Origin: Eledone cirrhosa
Lineage: Eukaryota
Direction of reading: 5' to 3'
DNA length: 64,000 bases
NCBI GenBank assembly: GCA_964016885.1
Contig: OZ024759.1
Location: 12,958,001-13,022,000, forward strand
Shown: in pieces, positions 1 to 12,277 of the stretch
Layout of the letters: every line of letters starts with the position of its first letter
How positions within the stretch are numbered: position 1 is the stretch's first letter
The notes under the pieces: model-generated
What the model saw: the letters and a program-made list of their open reading frames with translations, nothing else
The model's database searches: none
Told to the model about the DNA's origin: nothing
Position numbers and translations under genes: made by a program

Positions 1-367
1 CACACCACATATACTATATATATACATACTACACATACATACTATATATACACACCACATATACTATATATATATATACATACTACACATACATACTACA
101 TATACACACCACACATACTATATATATACATATTACACATACTATATACACGCACCACACATACTATATATACACACCACATATACTATATATATACACA
201 TATACTATATATATACATACTACACATACTATATATATATACACCACATATACTATATATATATATATATACACACGCCACACATACTATATATATATAC
301 ACACCACACATACTATATATATATACACACCACACATACTATATATACACACCACACATACCACACA

Positions 368-417
<50 letters not shown>

Positions 418-560
418 CAAACATACTACATGTACACACATAACACACATACTATATATATATACACACCACACATACTATATATACACCACATCCTATA
501 TATACACCACATACTATATATACACACACCACACATGCTATATACACACCACATATACTA
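1..560. repeat. Complex microsatellite-derived array (CACACCACATATACTATATATA variants)
   Basis: Direct inspection. Confidence 0.9.
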
Positions 561-719
561 TAAGACTGTAGGAGAAATATCAGAAAGTGTGACATGTTAT
601 CAAAGGACGACAATCCAGAATAACTGTCCAGGAAAACTTAACTCAAGTCATAAGTAGTTACCTCCCCTGAAACTGACACTTGCCAACACCGACCCAACGT
701 GAACATTACCTGTTAACAG

Positions 720-2260
720 GCGTATTATCTTTTGTCATCTCTCGCATGAGCTGTGATTTCTTGGGGATCAATTATACTACATCTACCACCCACGCCTTTT
801 TCGGTCTTCCTCTTCTACCACTTCCTTCCACTGGGATCTCATGGAATTCCTTCACCCAGCGATCATTATCTATATACATCACAGTCCCATACCACCACAA
901 ACTTCTCTCTAGCACTCTACATCTGATTCCTCATATGCCCAGTTTTTCTGTCAGACCAGGTTTCCCTTAGTCTTCTACTGACATTAGCTTCCAATGGGAT
1001 TTCCTCACAATTCTTTATCAAACGATCGTTATCCTTATGCATCACATGTCCACACCAGCACCTTCTTCTCTCCTGCACTCTACATCTGATTCTTCTTATA
1101 CCCAGCTTTTCTCTCAGTCCATCCATACCTTTCTCTTTCATACACACCACCATTACACATCCAATATAGCATGCTGACTTTATTTCTCTCTAGTCTCACT
1201 ATATCCATACCAGTTACCACCCATGTCTTACTACCATACCACACTCTTCATACACACCACCATTACACATCCAATGTAGCATGCTGACTTTATTTCCCTC
1301 TAGTCTCACTATATCCATACCAGTTACCACCCATGTCTTACTACCATACCCCACTCTTCATACACACCACCATTACACATCTAATGTAGCATGCTGACTT
1401 TATTTCTCTCCAGTCTCACTATATCCATACCATTTACCACCCATGTCTCACTACCATACCACACTCTTCATACACATCTAATGTAGCATGCTGACTTTAT
1501 TTCTCTCTAGTCTCACTATATCCATACCAGTTACCACCCATGTCTTACTACCATACCACACTCTTCATACACACCACCATTACACATCTAATGTAGCATG
1601 CTGACTTTATTTCTCTCTAGTCTCACTATATCCATACCAGTTACCACCCATGTCACACTACCATACCACACTCTTCATACACACCACCATTACACATCTA
1701 ATGTAGCATGCTGACTTTATTTATCTCTAGTCTCACTATATCCATACCAGTTACCACCCATGTCACACTACCATACCCCACTCTTCATACACACCACCAT
1801 TACACATCTAATGTAGCATGCTGACTTTATTTCTCTCCAGTCTCACTATATCCATACCATTTACCACCCATGTCTCACTACCATACCACACTCTTCATAC
1901 ACATCTAATGTAGCATGCTGACTTTATTTCTCTCTAGTCTCACTATATCCATACCAGTTACCACCCATGTCTTACTACCATACCACACTCTTCATACACA
2001 CCACCATTACACATCTAATGTAGCATGCTGACTTTATTTCTCTCTAGTCTCACTATATCCATACCAGTTACCACCCATGTCACACTACCATACCCCACTC
2101 TTCATACACACCACCATTACACATCTAATGTAGCATGCTGACTTTATTTCTCTCTAGTCTCACTATATCCATACCAGTTACCACCCATGTCACACTACCA
2201 TGTCCTGTCTTTCATACACACCACCATTACACATCTAATGTAGCATGCTGGCTTTATTTC
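720..2260 (-). mobile_element. Decayed RTE LINE 3' fragment with a ~110-bp tandem array (about 10 copies, 1139-2260) derived from its ORF
   Basis: LREKLGIRRIRCRVQERRRCWCGHVMH motif; period 110 (tacacaccac at 1141, 1251, 1361), some shorter units. Confidence 0.85.
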
Positions 2261-2744
2261 TATATGTGTGTGTGAGTATATACATGTGTGTGTGTCTATA
2301 TACATATATATTTGTGTCTGTGTATATATATGTGTGTGTGTATGAGTGACTTATATATATAACCATTTTTCCATGATTTAATACAATGACTAAAGCAGAA
2401 CCATCCAATAGAAAGTTTGGGTGTGTCTGTGTGTGTATGTGTGTGTGTATGTATGTATGTATGTGTGTGTATATGTGTGTGTATGTGTATGAATATATAT
2501 ATGTGTGTGTGTGTTTGTGTAGAACCACCCAAAAGAAAGTCTGGGTGGGTGTGCGTGTGTGCATATGAGTGTGTGTGTGTATATATATGTGTGTGTGTGT
2601 TTAGATAGAAAGTTAATTAAGGAACCCAAAGTAACAGAAACAATGACAGTTTTGTATGGTTACATCTATGAATGTGTTGTCCATGGCAACAAGGTCACCA
2701 TAGCAACAAATTATTTACAGTTACACAAGATAATAATTATACAA

Positions 2745-2970
2745 TAATAATAATTGTTTCTACTTTAGGCACAAGGCCAGCAATTTGAAGGGGAGGGGGG
2801 AGTCAATTGAATCTCACCCAGTGTATAACTGGTACTTTATTCTTTATTTTATTGACCTCGTAAGAATGAAAGGCAAAGCTAAACTCGGTGGAATTTGAAA
2901 TCAGAACGTAAAGGGCGCTAGCTCTATGCCGCGAAGCATGTTGTCTGACTCTCTTCCGGTACTGCCAATA
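2745..2970 (-). mobile_element. Nin/Deu-domain SINE (family B), diverged
   Basis: Matches the family consensus seen at 53440-53623 (GCCTTTCATCCT..GGTCGATAAAATAAAGTACCAG core, (ATT)n tail). Confidence 0.8.
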
Positions 2971-3374
2971 GTTATAATGGCAAATACTTATCTGTTGTTG
3001 TTGGTGTCTTACAATAACATTTATTTATATTCAAATAGTTCTTTGTAGTGGTATATATAATATACACCTTGTAGTGGTATATATAATATACACCTATATG
3101 TATATATATATATATATATATGTGTGTATATATATATATACATACATATATATATAGAGAATTAGTATATTTACGAACATATGCGTACGTCTTTCATACA
3201 CATATATATATACATATATACACACATACAAATATATGTATACATATATATATACACAAACACACACATATATATACCTCCATATACACACAGACAGACA
3301 CACACATATATATCCATATACATAAATACTTATATTATAAATACTCTACATATACATGCACCCACCCACACATT

Positions 3375-3414
<40 letters not shown>

Positions 3415-3638
3415 TATATATATATATCAAGTAAGGATATTTTTGAAACAGCGAGTTGGTTTGAAATTATTAGAAATGTAAGCTATCGCCGTATTTTGAC
3501 TAAAGAAATTAAACAAATTATTTAGCCTGATAGTGGGGTTAAGAACCCTCGGAAAAATGGAAAAAGATGAGTATTGACGTCAATACTCATCTTTTTCCAT
3601 TTCTCCGAGGGTTCTTAACCCCACTATCAGGCTAAATA

Positions 3639-3678
<40 letters not shown>

Positions 3679-3793
3679 TCATCATTTTACGCCCGCTTTT
3701 CCCTGCTTGCATACTCACAAATATATATATATACATACACACATAGACACACACACACATATATTGACATACAGCGTTTCTTGGACATTTTAA

Positions 3794-4350
3794 CCCTTTA
3801 GCATTCACATTACTCTATATATACTATTGTATTTTCATGGTAAAGGCTTTACCTCCCATAATATCTCACATAACATTCACATTACTCTATATATACTATT
3901 GTATTTTCACAGTAAAGGCTTTACCTCCCATAATATCTCACATAACATTCACATTACTCTATATATACTATTGTATTTTCACAGTAAAGGCTTTACCTCC
4001 CATAATATCTCACATAACATTCACATTACTCTATATATATTATTGTATTTTCATGGTAAAGGCTTTACCTCCCATAATATCTCACATAACATTCACATTA
4101 CTCTATATATACTATTGTATTTTCACAGTAAAGGCTTTACCTCACATAATATCTCACATAACATTCACATTACTCTATATACACTATTGTATTTTCATGG
4201 TAAAGGCTTTACCTCACATAATATCGAATCTATGAGATTTTGAAAGTATTTTTTTTTAGAACAATACCTTAACATCAGTATGAGTGACCAGTTACAGCCA
4301 TTTCCAACAGAAAAAGGTAGAGGATTCTGGCCAGTTTGAACACTAAAGGG
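3794..4350 (+). mobile_element. piggyBac-type MITE, copy 1, with internal 72-bp tandem repeat (~6 copies)
   Basis: TTAA|CCCTTTAG...CTAAAGGG|TTAA (TTAA at 3790-3793 and 4351-4354). Confidence 0.88.
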
Positions 4351-4604
4351 TTAAGCCTGGTAGAGCCCATCTCCTCTCCAGGTAGATTTCTTCCAGGGAA
4401 AGATAGAACGTGGGAGGGAGGAAGTGAGAAAAAGATATAGAGGAAGAATCAACCCCAGTACTAGACTGGTACTTATATAAATATATATTTATGCATGTGT
4501 GTATAGCCCAGAATTCGACCAGATCAATACAGATCGAACCTTGAGCTGATCAAAAGCGAAACACATGTCACTACTCAGTAAATATAATGAAGACATAACA
4601 AATC

Positions 4605-4898
4605 GTCATCCCGCTGAGGTTAACTTTGCCTTTCATCCTTACGGGGTCGATAAAATAAAGTACCAGTTATGCACTGGGATAATTGCTGGCCTTGTGCCAA
4701 AAGTAGAAACAAGTCGGACGCCATGCTTTGCAGCAAAGAGTTACGGCCCTTTATGATCTGAGTTCAAATCCCGCTGAGGTTAACTTTGCCTTTCATCCTT
4801 ACGGGGTCGATAAAATAAAGTACCAGTAATACACTGGGAAAATTGCTGGCCTTGTGCCAAAAGTAGAAACAATTATTATTATTATTATTATTATTATT
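4605..4898 (+). mobile_element. Two tandem 5'-truncated Nin-domain SINE (family B) copies
   Basis: Duplicated CCCGCTGAGGTTAACTTTGCCTTTCATCCTTACGGGGTCGATAAAATAAAGTACCAG...GTAGAAACAA, ending in (ATT)n. Confidence 0.85.
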
Positions 4899-5318
4899 GC
4901 ACTCCATACTTAATGGAAACTATGCATCGGGTGCTCACTCTGGTGAACCTACAGTAACTGGATGTTACAATCCCTAAGTATAATAATAATGAAATTATTG
5001 TGTACAGTGCTCAGGTGCACTACAACTCATCAAAGGTGCATGTATAGTACATAGAATAATGTACAAATGTCAGGAAAATTAACAGTGTATGAGACATGAT
5101 ATAATAATAATAACAATAATGAAATATTGTGTACAGTGCCCAGGTGCACCACAACTCATCAAAAAAGTGCATGTACAGTACATAGGGCAATGCACAAACA
5201 TCAGTAAAATATATATATACCTTCGAGTGCTAAGCTGCATTCCGAATCTGCATTCGTTAGCTTAGCCGCAGCCAAAAGCTTTGTTAATGCTGTACTAAAA
5301 TTTATATATATATATATA

Positions 5319-5715
5319 TCATCATCATCATCATCACCGTTTTACATCCGTTCTTCCACACTAGCATGGTTTGTCCTGTTGTGGACAGTGTCCGGTCGGC
5401 TGACCTTGTCTTGCTCATATGATTCTGGCTTGATTTCTACAGCTGGATGCCATTCCTAACACCAACCTCATTTACAGTGAGTGCTGGGTTCTTTTTTTTT
5501 CCGTGGCGCCTACACGTCCACTTTACAGTGTGGGCTGGGTGCTTTTTTGCCGTGGCACCTCCACGACCACTTTGCAGTGGAATGATAGGGACCCCAGTCA
5601 TATCATCTCATTTCTACAGTGTCTTGCTCAAGGAAACAACACATCACCTGGTCCGAGAATTGAACTCACAACCTTTGATTGCAAGCCCAATGTTCTAACC
5701 ACTAAGCTATATGCC
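5319..5715 (-). mobile_element. tRNA-derived CORE-type SINE (family A) with RTE-like tail
   Basis: Same family as the full copy at 29249-29598; (CAT)n tail on the left. Confidence 0.8.
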
Positions 5716-5729
5716 ATACATATATATAA

Positions 5730-5835
5730 TCTATAATATAATAAAGGGAAAAGTGTGGGACAGCGTCCGTTTTATATTTTTTTATCCCGTTAATAAAATA
5801 AGTTTGATTACTTTGAATAAATAATGAATGTAATT
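5730..5835 (+). mobile_element. Helitron 5' fragment
   Basis: A|TCTATAATATAATAAAGGG start, homologous to the 5' end of the complete Helitron at 48507-49021. Confidence 0.7.
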
Positions 5836-6085
5836 TGGTTGGTTTTCGCTTTTCGCTTCTGTGTCTTTTATATCGGTAATTTAATTTATTCGGTCCTCAA
5901 TGTTACCATTGACTGACCAACAGTCAAAAATACAGATACAATATAGACACAAACACATATATATAGTTTATCAAAGTTCTTTCGTTGCACATCTGCAACA
6001 TCATCAGTGGTGCTATTGTTTCCTCCCGTTGCATTGTATTTTCTACGCCATCTTTATTTAGTCTGTTTATATATTTTCTCGTCAA

Positions 6086-6132
<47 letters not shown>

Positions 6133-6452
6133 GTTTAACACAGAAATGGCTTCTACAGGACTAGAAATGTTTCATTTGAAGGAAATCATCAGGATATATA
6201 TATATATATATGTATGTATACACACACACAAATATATATATATATACACACACATTTCCCCAACTAAACAATGGCTGTTTCTATGCTATATTTTCTGCCA
6301 ACATATCAGCCATATCAGACATTCCTGAAACCAAAGCCATAAGCCAGCTTTGGAAGAGAAGACAAACAGGAGAAACAAAAATATTTCAGAATTAAGATGT
6401 TGATAGTTTTCAACAAAGTCCACTGTGTTGCAAGAATTTGGGTCAGGTCACA

Positions 6453-6941
6453 GTATTTAAACCGGCTGATCTGGCCAAATTTCTCTCACTTCTTTCAGTT
6501 CAAACTGGCTGTAATTGGCTGCTCATACTGATGTTAAGGTATTGTTCTCAAAATAAATAATATCAAAATCTCATAGATTTGATAACATGTGAGGTAAAGC
6601 TTTTACCATGAAAATACAATAATATATATAGAGTAATGTAAATGTTATGTGAGATATTATGTGAGATAAAGCCTTCACCATGAAAATACAATAGTATATA
6701 TAGAGTAATGTAAATGTTATGTGAGATATTATGTGAGATAAAGCCTTCACCATGAAAATACAATAGTATATATAGAGTAATGTAAATGTTATGTGAGATA
6801 ATATGTGAAGTAAAGCCTTTACCATGAAAATACAATAGTAAATATAGAGTAATGTAAATGTTATGTAAGATATTTATGAGAAATAAAGCCTTTACTGTGA
6901 AAATACAATAGTAAATATAGAGTAATGTAATTGTTAAAGGG
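6453..6941 (-). mobile_element. piggyBac-type MITE, copy 2 (one end truncated), with 72-bp internal repeat
   Basis: AAAGGG|TTAA at 6936-6945; body is the reverse complement of copy 1. Confidence 0.82.
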
Positions 6942-7307
6942 TTAAAAATTCCTTCTTTTCTCTGTCCCACTAAACCCAGAGATCTTAAAAACTTTGATAG
7001 GGCTACTACTGCTCTTTCTTTTCTGACTAAAACAACAAAAATATAATCATGATAAATACCTTAAGCATTTGTTTTGGCTACAGCCTCAGGTTGACCAATG
7101 GCTTACAGGTAGAATTTAGCATGAAACTAATATATATCTTCATTGAATTTCACTGGCTGTTGTGTGTTTTTACTTTTCTCATACATTATATATATATATA
7201 TCAAGGCAGTGCTCCAGTATGGCCACAGTTTAATCATTGAAACCAGTAAAAGAATAACAACAAAACAAAAGAAAGAATCAAAATGTTATAATTGGTAAGT
7301 GACTTAC

Positions 7308-7397
7308 CTGAAGAGGGTCCTCAAGAACTCCACTGCAAATGGCACAGATCAATTCTTCATCAACATCCCCCTGAAATCTCACAACTTCGTAACCCAT
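7308..7397 (-). CDS. RNF41: First coding exon of E3 ubiquitin ligase RNF41/Nrdp1 (N-terminal half of RING domain); exon spans 7408->7308 including 11 nt of 5'UTR
   Basis: Translates to MGYEVVRFQGDVDEELICAICSGVLEDPLQ, very close to the recalled human N-terminus MGYDVTRFQGDVDEDLICPICSGVLEEPVQ. Canonical acceptor TTCCCTTTTTACCTTTCAG| (AG at 7410-7409) and donor CAG|GTAAGT (GT at 7307-7306), phase 0 after 90 coding nt. No downstream exon recognised in 1-7307, so the gene continues beyond the window start. Confidence 0.93.
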
Positions 7398-8543
7398 CTC
7401 TTCAAGGCCTGAAAGGTAAAAAGGGAACCACATTATTGTGAGGTAACCTATCTCTTTAAGACCTGAAAGGTAAAAAGGGAACCACATTATTGTGAGGCAA
7501 CCTATCTCTTTAAGGCCTGAAAGGTAAAAAGGGAACCACATTATTGTGAGGTAACCTATCTCTTCAAGGCCTGAAAGGTAAAAAGGGAACCACATTATTG
7601 TGAGGTAACCTATCTCTTTAAGGCCTGAAAGGTAAAAAGGGAACCACATTATTGTGAGGTAACCTATCTCTTTAAGACCTGAAAGGTAAAAAGGGAACCA
7701 CATTATTGTGAGGCAACCTATCTCTTTAAGGCCTGAAAGGTAAAAAGGGAACCACATTATTGTGAGGTAACCTATCTCTTTAAGGCCTGAAAGGTAAAAA
7801 GGGAACCACATTATTGTGAGGTAACCTATCTCTTTAAGGCCTGGAAGGTAAAAAGGGAACCACATTATTGTGAGGTAACCTATCTCTTTAAGGCCTGAAA
7901 GGTAAAAAGGGAACCACATTATTGTGAGGTAACCTATCTCTTCAAGGCCTGAAAGGTAAAAAGGGAACCACATTATTGTGAGGTAACCTATCTCTTTAAG
8001 GCCTGAAAGGTAAAAAGGGAACCACATTATTGTGAGGTAACCTATCTCTTTAAGGCCTGGAAGGTAAAAAGGGAACCACATTATTGTGAGGTAACCTATC
8101 TCTTTAAGGCCTGAAAGGTAAAAAGGGAACCACATTATTGTGAGGTAACCTATCTCTTTAAGGCCTGAAAGGTAAAAAGGGAACCACATTATTGTGAGGT
8201 AACCTATCTCTTTAAGGCCTGGAAGGTAAAAAGGGAACCACATTATTGTGAGGTAACCTATCTCTTTAAGGCCTGAAAGGTAAAAAGGGAACCACATTAT
8301 TGTGAGGTAACCTATCTCTTCAAGGCCTGAAAGGTAAAAAGGGAACCACATTATTGTGAGGTAACCTATCTCTTTAAGGCCTGAAAGGTAAAAAGGGAAC
8401 CACATTATTGTGAGGTAACCTATCTCTTTAAGGCCTGGAAGGTAAAAAGGGAACCACATTATTGTGAGGTAACCTATCTCTTCAAGGCCTGAAAGGTAAA
8501 AAGGGAACCACATTATTGTGAGGCAACCTATCTCTTTAAGGCC
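7391..8543 (-). repeat. 54-bp minisatellite (~21 copies) made of the RNF41 3' splice site region
   Basis: Minus-strand unit CTCACAATAATGTGGTTCCCTTTTTACCTTTCAG-GCCTTAAAGAGATAGGTTAC; CAG acceptors recur at 7409+54n up to 8489; gives the 411-aa ORF (MWFPFYLSGLKEIGYLTI)n fused in frame to RNF41. Confidence 0.97.
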
Positions 8544-8589
8544 AAGAAGAAGGAAGAAAGTCTAATAAAAAAGGTCTAAAGTCTGTCTC

Positions 8590-8950
8590 GAGGCCAGAGG
8601 ATCACCAGGCCAGTGTTTATCCTGGCTTTTGTGGCCTGAAGCGACTAAGAGTAGAAGATCCCACCCCCTAGACAGGACAGCAGTCCATCACAAAGTTAAA
8701 GAATGTCTGAAGCCAGGAGGTTCATCAGGCCAGTGTTTACCCCGGTTTCTGAGACATGAAGTTACTGAAAGTACTATGACTGCCCCCTGGACAGGACACT
8801 AGTCCATCGCAGAGATAAAGACTGTCGCAATCCACCAGAGGCTCATCTAGCCAGTGCTTATCCCTGTAGCATGAAGCGATTGAGGGTACAAGACTCCCTC
8901 CCTGGGTAGGACAACAGTCCATCTCAGGGTTAGGCCTATATTTGCCGGAT
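8590..8950. repeat. Three diverged tandem copies (~120-140 bp) of a SINE-tail-like sequence
   Basis: Repeated GCCAGTG(T/C)TTA(T/C)CC...GAAG...CCC(C)TGG...AGTCCATC segments. Confidence 0.6.
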
Positions 8951-9096
8951 AAGATCTAAAAAAAAAAAAGGCAGTTGCAGGGAAATAATTCAAAATATTT
9001 AGTGGCGCGCTAAAAGCTAAGACATTTCTTCTAAAACACTTCAGTGGCAAGTGAGTTCTAACTCACTGAGTAAACCAGCCTAGCCTCACCTTAACG

Positions 9097-9783
9097 AACC
9101 TATGGTAACCTACCCTATGGTAACCTACCCTACGTTAACCTACCCTATGGTAACCTAACCTGTTAACCTATCATATGGTAACCTACGCTATAGTAACCTA
9201 CTCTATGGTAACCTACCCTATAGTAACCTATTCTATGGTAACCTATCCTATGGTAACCAGCCCTATGGTAACCAGCCCTATAGTAACCTATCCTATGGTA
9301 ACCTACCCTATGTTAACCTACCCTATGGTAACCTACCCTACAGTAACCTATCGTATGGTCCCTATCCTATGGTATCCTACCTTATGGTAACCTAACCTAT
9401 GTTAACCTACCCTATGGTATCCTACCCTATGGTAACCTACTCTATAGTAACCTACCCTATAGTAACCTACTCTATGGTAACCTACCCTCTGGTAACCTAC
9501 CCTCTGGTAACCTATCCTATAGTAACCTACTCTATGGTAACCTATCCTATGGTAACCTATCCTATGGTAACCTATCCTATGGTAACCTACCCTATAGTAA
9601 CCTACCCTATAGTAACCTACTCTATGTTAACCTGCCCTATGGTAACCTACCCTATAGTAACCTATCGTATGGTCCCTATCCTATGGTATCCTACCCTATG
9701 GTAACCTACCCTATGGTATCCTACCCTATGGTAACCTGCCCTATGATAACCTACCCTATGTAACCTACCCTATAGTAACCTAC
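9097..9783. repeat. 15-bp minisatellite (CCTATGGTAACCTAC)n, roughly 45 degenerate copies
   Basis: Directly visible; produces the (MVTYP)n pseudo-ORFs. Confidence 0.95.
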
Positions 9784-10254
9784 CTGTGAGAAACAGCAAG
9801 TCATTGATATTATTATAATCTCTACATTAAATAGACTTAACAAATATGAGGTTCAGTAGGAAATAATTGTGGTGGGCTGCTAGAGTTATGGTAAGTGGTG
9901 TACAAGTGTTAGGCAGGCAGTTTCACTGTTTACCCCTCAGTGGTAAAAGTTCACATTTTATATTCGGTGAACAAGTCGACTTGATATACGGTAATTATTT
10001 TGATAGCACCCTGCCTGAAACTAGCCCTGGGTTTATGGTATAAAACTGTCCCCTTTATAAAAGGGTTCATATTTACATGAAAACCTCCCATCATAATTTT
10101 ATTTAATGTTAACTAATGTTCCAAATATCACCTTAATAAAGAAACTATTATATCCTGTCTTTGTGTTGGTTTGGCAACATTCTTGATGTGAAACCCTGTG
10201 TTGAAACACATACTGAGAGAGAGAGAGAGAGAGAGAGAGCACAGACTCACAGAC

Positions 10255-10690
10255 ATGGGTTTCTGCAAATTCTGCCCACAAGGCATTGGTCAACCTAAGG
10301 CTACAGTAGAAGACACTTGTCCAAGGTGTCACACTGTGCCATTGGTCAACCTGAGGCAACAGTAGAAGACACCTGTCCAAGATGTCACACTGTGTCATTG
10401 GTAAACCTGAGGCTACAATAGAAGACAATTGTCCAAGTTGCCACACTGTGCCATTGGTCAACCTAAGGCTACAGTAGAAGACACTTGTCCAAGATGTCAC
10501 ACTGTGTCATTGGTCAACCTGAGGCTACAATAGAAGACACCTGTCCAATTGGTCAACCTAAGGCTACAGTGGAAGACACTTGTCCAAGGTGCCACACTGT
10601 GCCATTGGTCAACCTGACACTACAATAGAAGACACTTGTCCCAGGTGTCACACTGTGCCATTGGTCAACTCCTTAACCACACAGCCACAC
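10255..10690 (-). mobile_element. Octopus OR-like SINE remnant with internal ~59-bp unit amplified ~7 times
   Basis: Repeated CATTGGTCAACCTGAGGCTACAGTAGAAGACACTTGTCCAAGGTGTCACACTGTG, ending in CTTAACCACACAGCCAC; family name from memory. Confidence 0.7.
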
Positions 10691-11156
10691 CTACACTGAC
10701 CTATATCTTTAATTTTTCTCATACTCAAACACATTCCTCCCCCCTCCTCTCACAGCCCCTCATCCCACCCCACCCCCACAATCAATATCTCCCATTACAA
10801 AGCTACATACCACAGCTGTAGTTAACTGAATAGCATTTGTAACCTTATCAATTTTTCACATAGATGAAAGCAAACAACAATAATAATGATAATAATGATA
10901 AAATAACTAAATAGATGAAAGCAAATAACAACAACAACAATAATAATAATGATAATAAAATAAGTAAATAGATGAAAAATCGATAAAAAAGTCCCAAATC
11001 AGTTGTTTCGTCAGTTAAAGTAGTAACCAGATGAAAACCTTTCTAGATGTCACACAACAATATTTTGGAAGTCTTATTAAACCAATAACTAACATTGAAA
11101 CTTCTGATTATGACAAAATATTGGAGGGTAGATTCTGATCATGTGTACACACACAT

Positions 11157-11210
<54 letters not shown>

Positions 11211-11214
11211 CATA

Positions 11215-11468
11215 TCATCATCATCATTTTACGTCTGCTTTTCCCTGCTTGCAAGGGTGGGACGGGAACTGATTCTGGCTTGATTTCTACAGCTGGATGC
11301 CCTTCCTAACACCAACCTCATTTACAGTGAGTGCTGGGTGCTTTTTTTTCCGTGGCGCCTACACGTCCACTTTGCAGTGGAATGATAGGGACCCCAGTCC
11401 CTATCATCTCATTTCTACAGCTGAGTAAACTGGAGCAATGTGAAATAAAGTGTCTTGCTCAAAGAAAC
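11215..11468 (-). mobile_element. SINE family A, 5'-truncated
   Basis: Matches 29249-29598 in reverse orientation. Confidence 0.82.
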
Positions 11469-11802
11469 ATATATATAAATATGTATGTATGTAAAAGGTA
11501 ACCAGAAATAACAACACAATCGGTACAGTATATGGAAGGGATATATTAGGTTAACGCTTGAAATACCAGGAAGAGGGTCTTAACATTTCGGACGCTAGTC
11601 CTTCATCAAAAGAAAGAATGAGAAATAAGATAGATTGAGGGGACGGGCAGGTTGGAATTGGAAAAAATGTCTCTAGATAAAAATAACAGGTCCATTCATG
11701 TTGACAGAGCACTCAGTCCACGGGACGAGTTTGGTAGAAGTAGTAACACAACAGTTAGTTCACCATACTGAGAACAATTGTTTCACCTTGCGGATCTCCA
11801 GT

Positions 11803-11841
11803 CCGAGCTGAAGATCCACAAGGTGAAACAAATGTTCTCGG
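11803..11841 (+). ncRNA. Minimal type I hammerhead ribozyme motif (Penelope-like remnant)
   Basis: CCGAG-CTGAAGA-TCCACAAGGT-GAAAC-AAAT-GTT-CTCGG: perfect 5-bp stem I, intact core, GUU cleavage triplet; an inverted partial copy lies at 11762-11801. Confidence 0.65.
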
Positions 11842-11949
11842 TATGGTGAATTAACTGCTGTGTTACTACTTCTATATATATATATATATATATGGACCTT
11901 TCCGATGGAATTACTTCATTCACACATATATATATTTATTTTATTTTAT

Positions 11950-12277
11950 TTATTTCATTTTACGTCCACTTTTCCCTGCTTGCAAGGGTGGGACGGGAAC
12001 TGATTCTGGCTTGATTTCTACAGCTGGATGCCCTTCCTAACACCAACCTCATTTACAGTGAGTGCTGGGTGCTTTTTTGCCGTGGCACCTCCACGACCAC
12101 TTTGCAGTGGAATGATAGGGACCCCAGTCCTATCATCTCATTTCTACAGCTGAGTAAACTGGAGCAATGTGAAATAAAGTGTCTTGCTCAAGGAAACAAC
12201 ACATCACCCGGTCTGAGAATTGAACTCACAACCTTTCGATTGCAAGGCCAATGCTCTAACCACTAAGCCATGTGCCC
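11950..12277 (-). mobile_element. SINE family A, near full length
   Basis: tRNA-like head (TGGCTTAGTGG A box, GAGTTCAATTC B box on minus strand), CORE-like middle, RTE-type tail. Confidence 0.85.

Noticed and set aside
560-7300. Second coding exon of RNF41 (expected APHCEHAFC-like)
   Set aside because: Searched by eye in the non-repetitive patches on the minus strand and not found; it probably lies beyond the window start.
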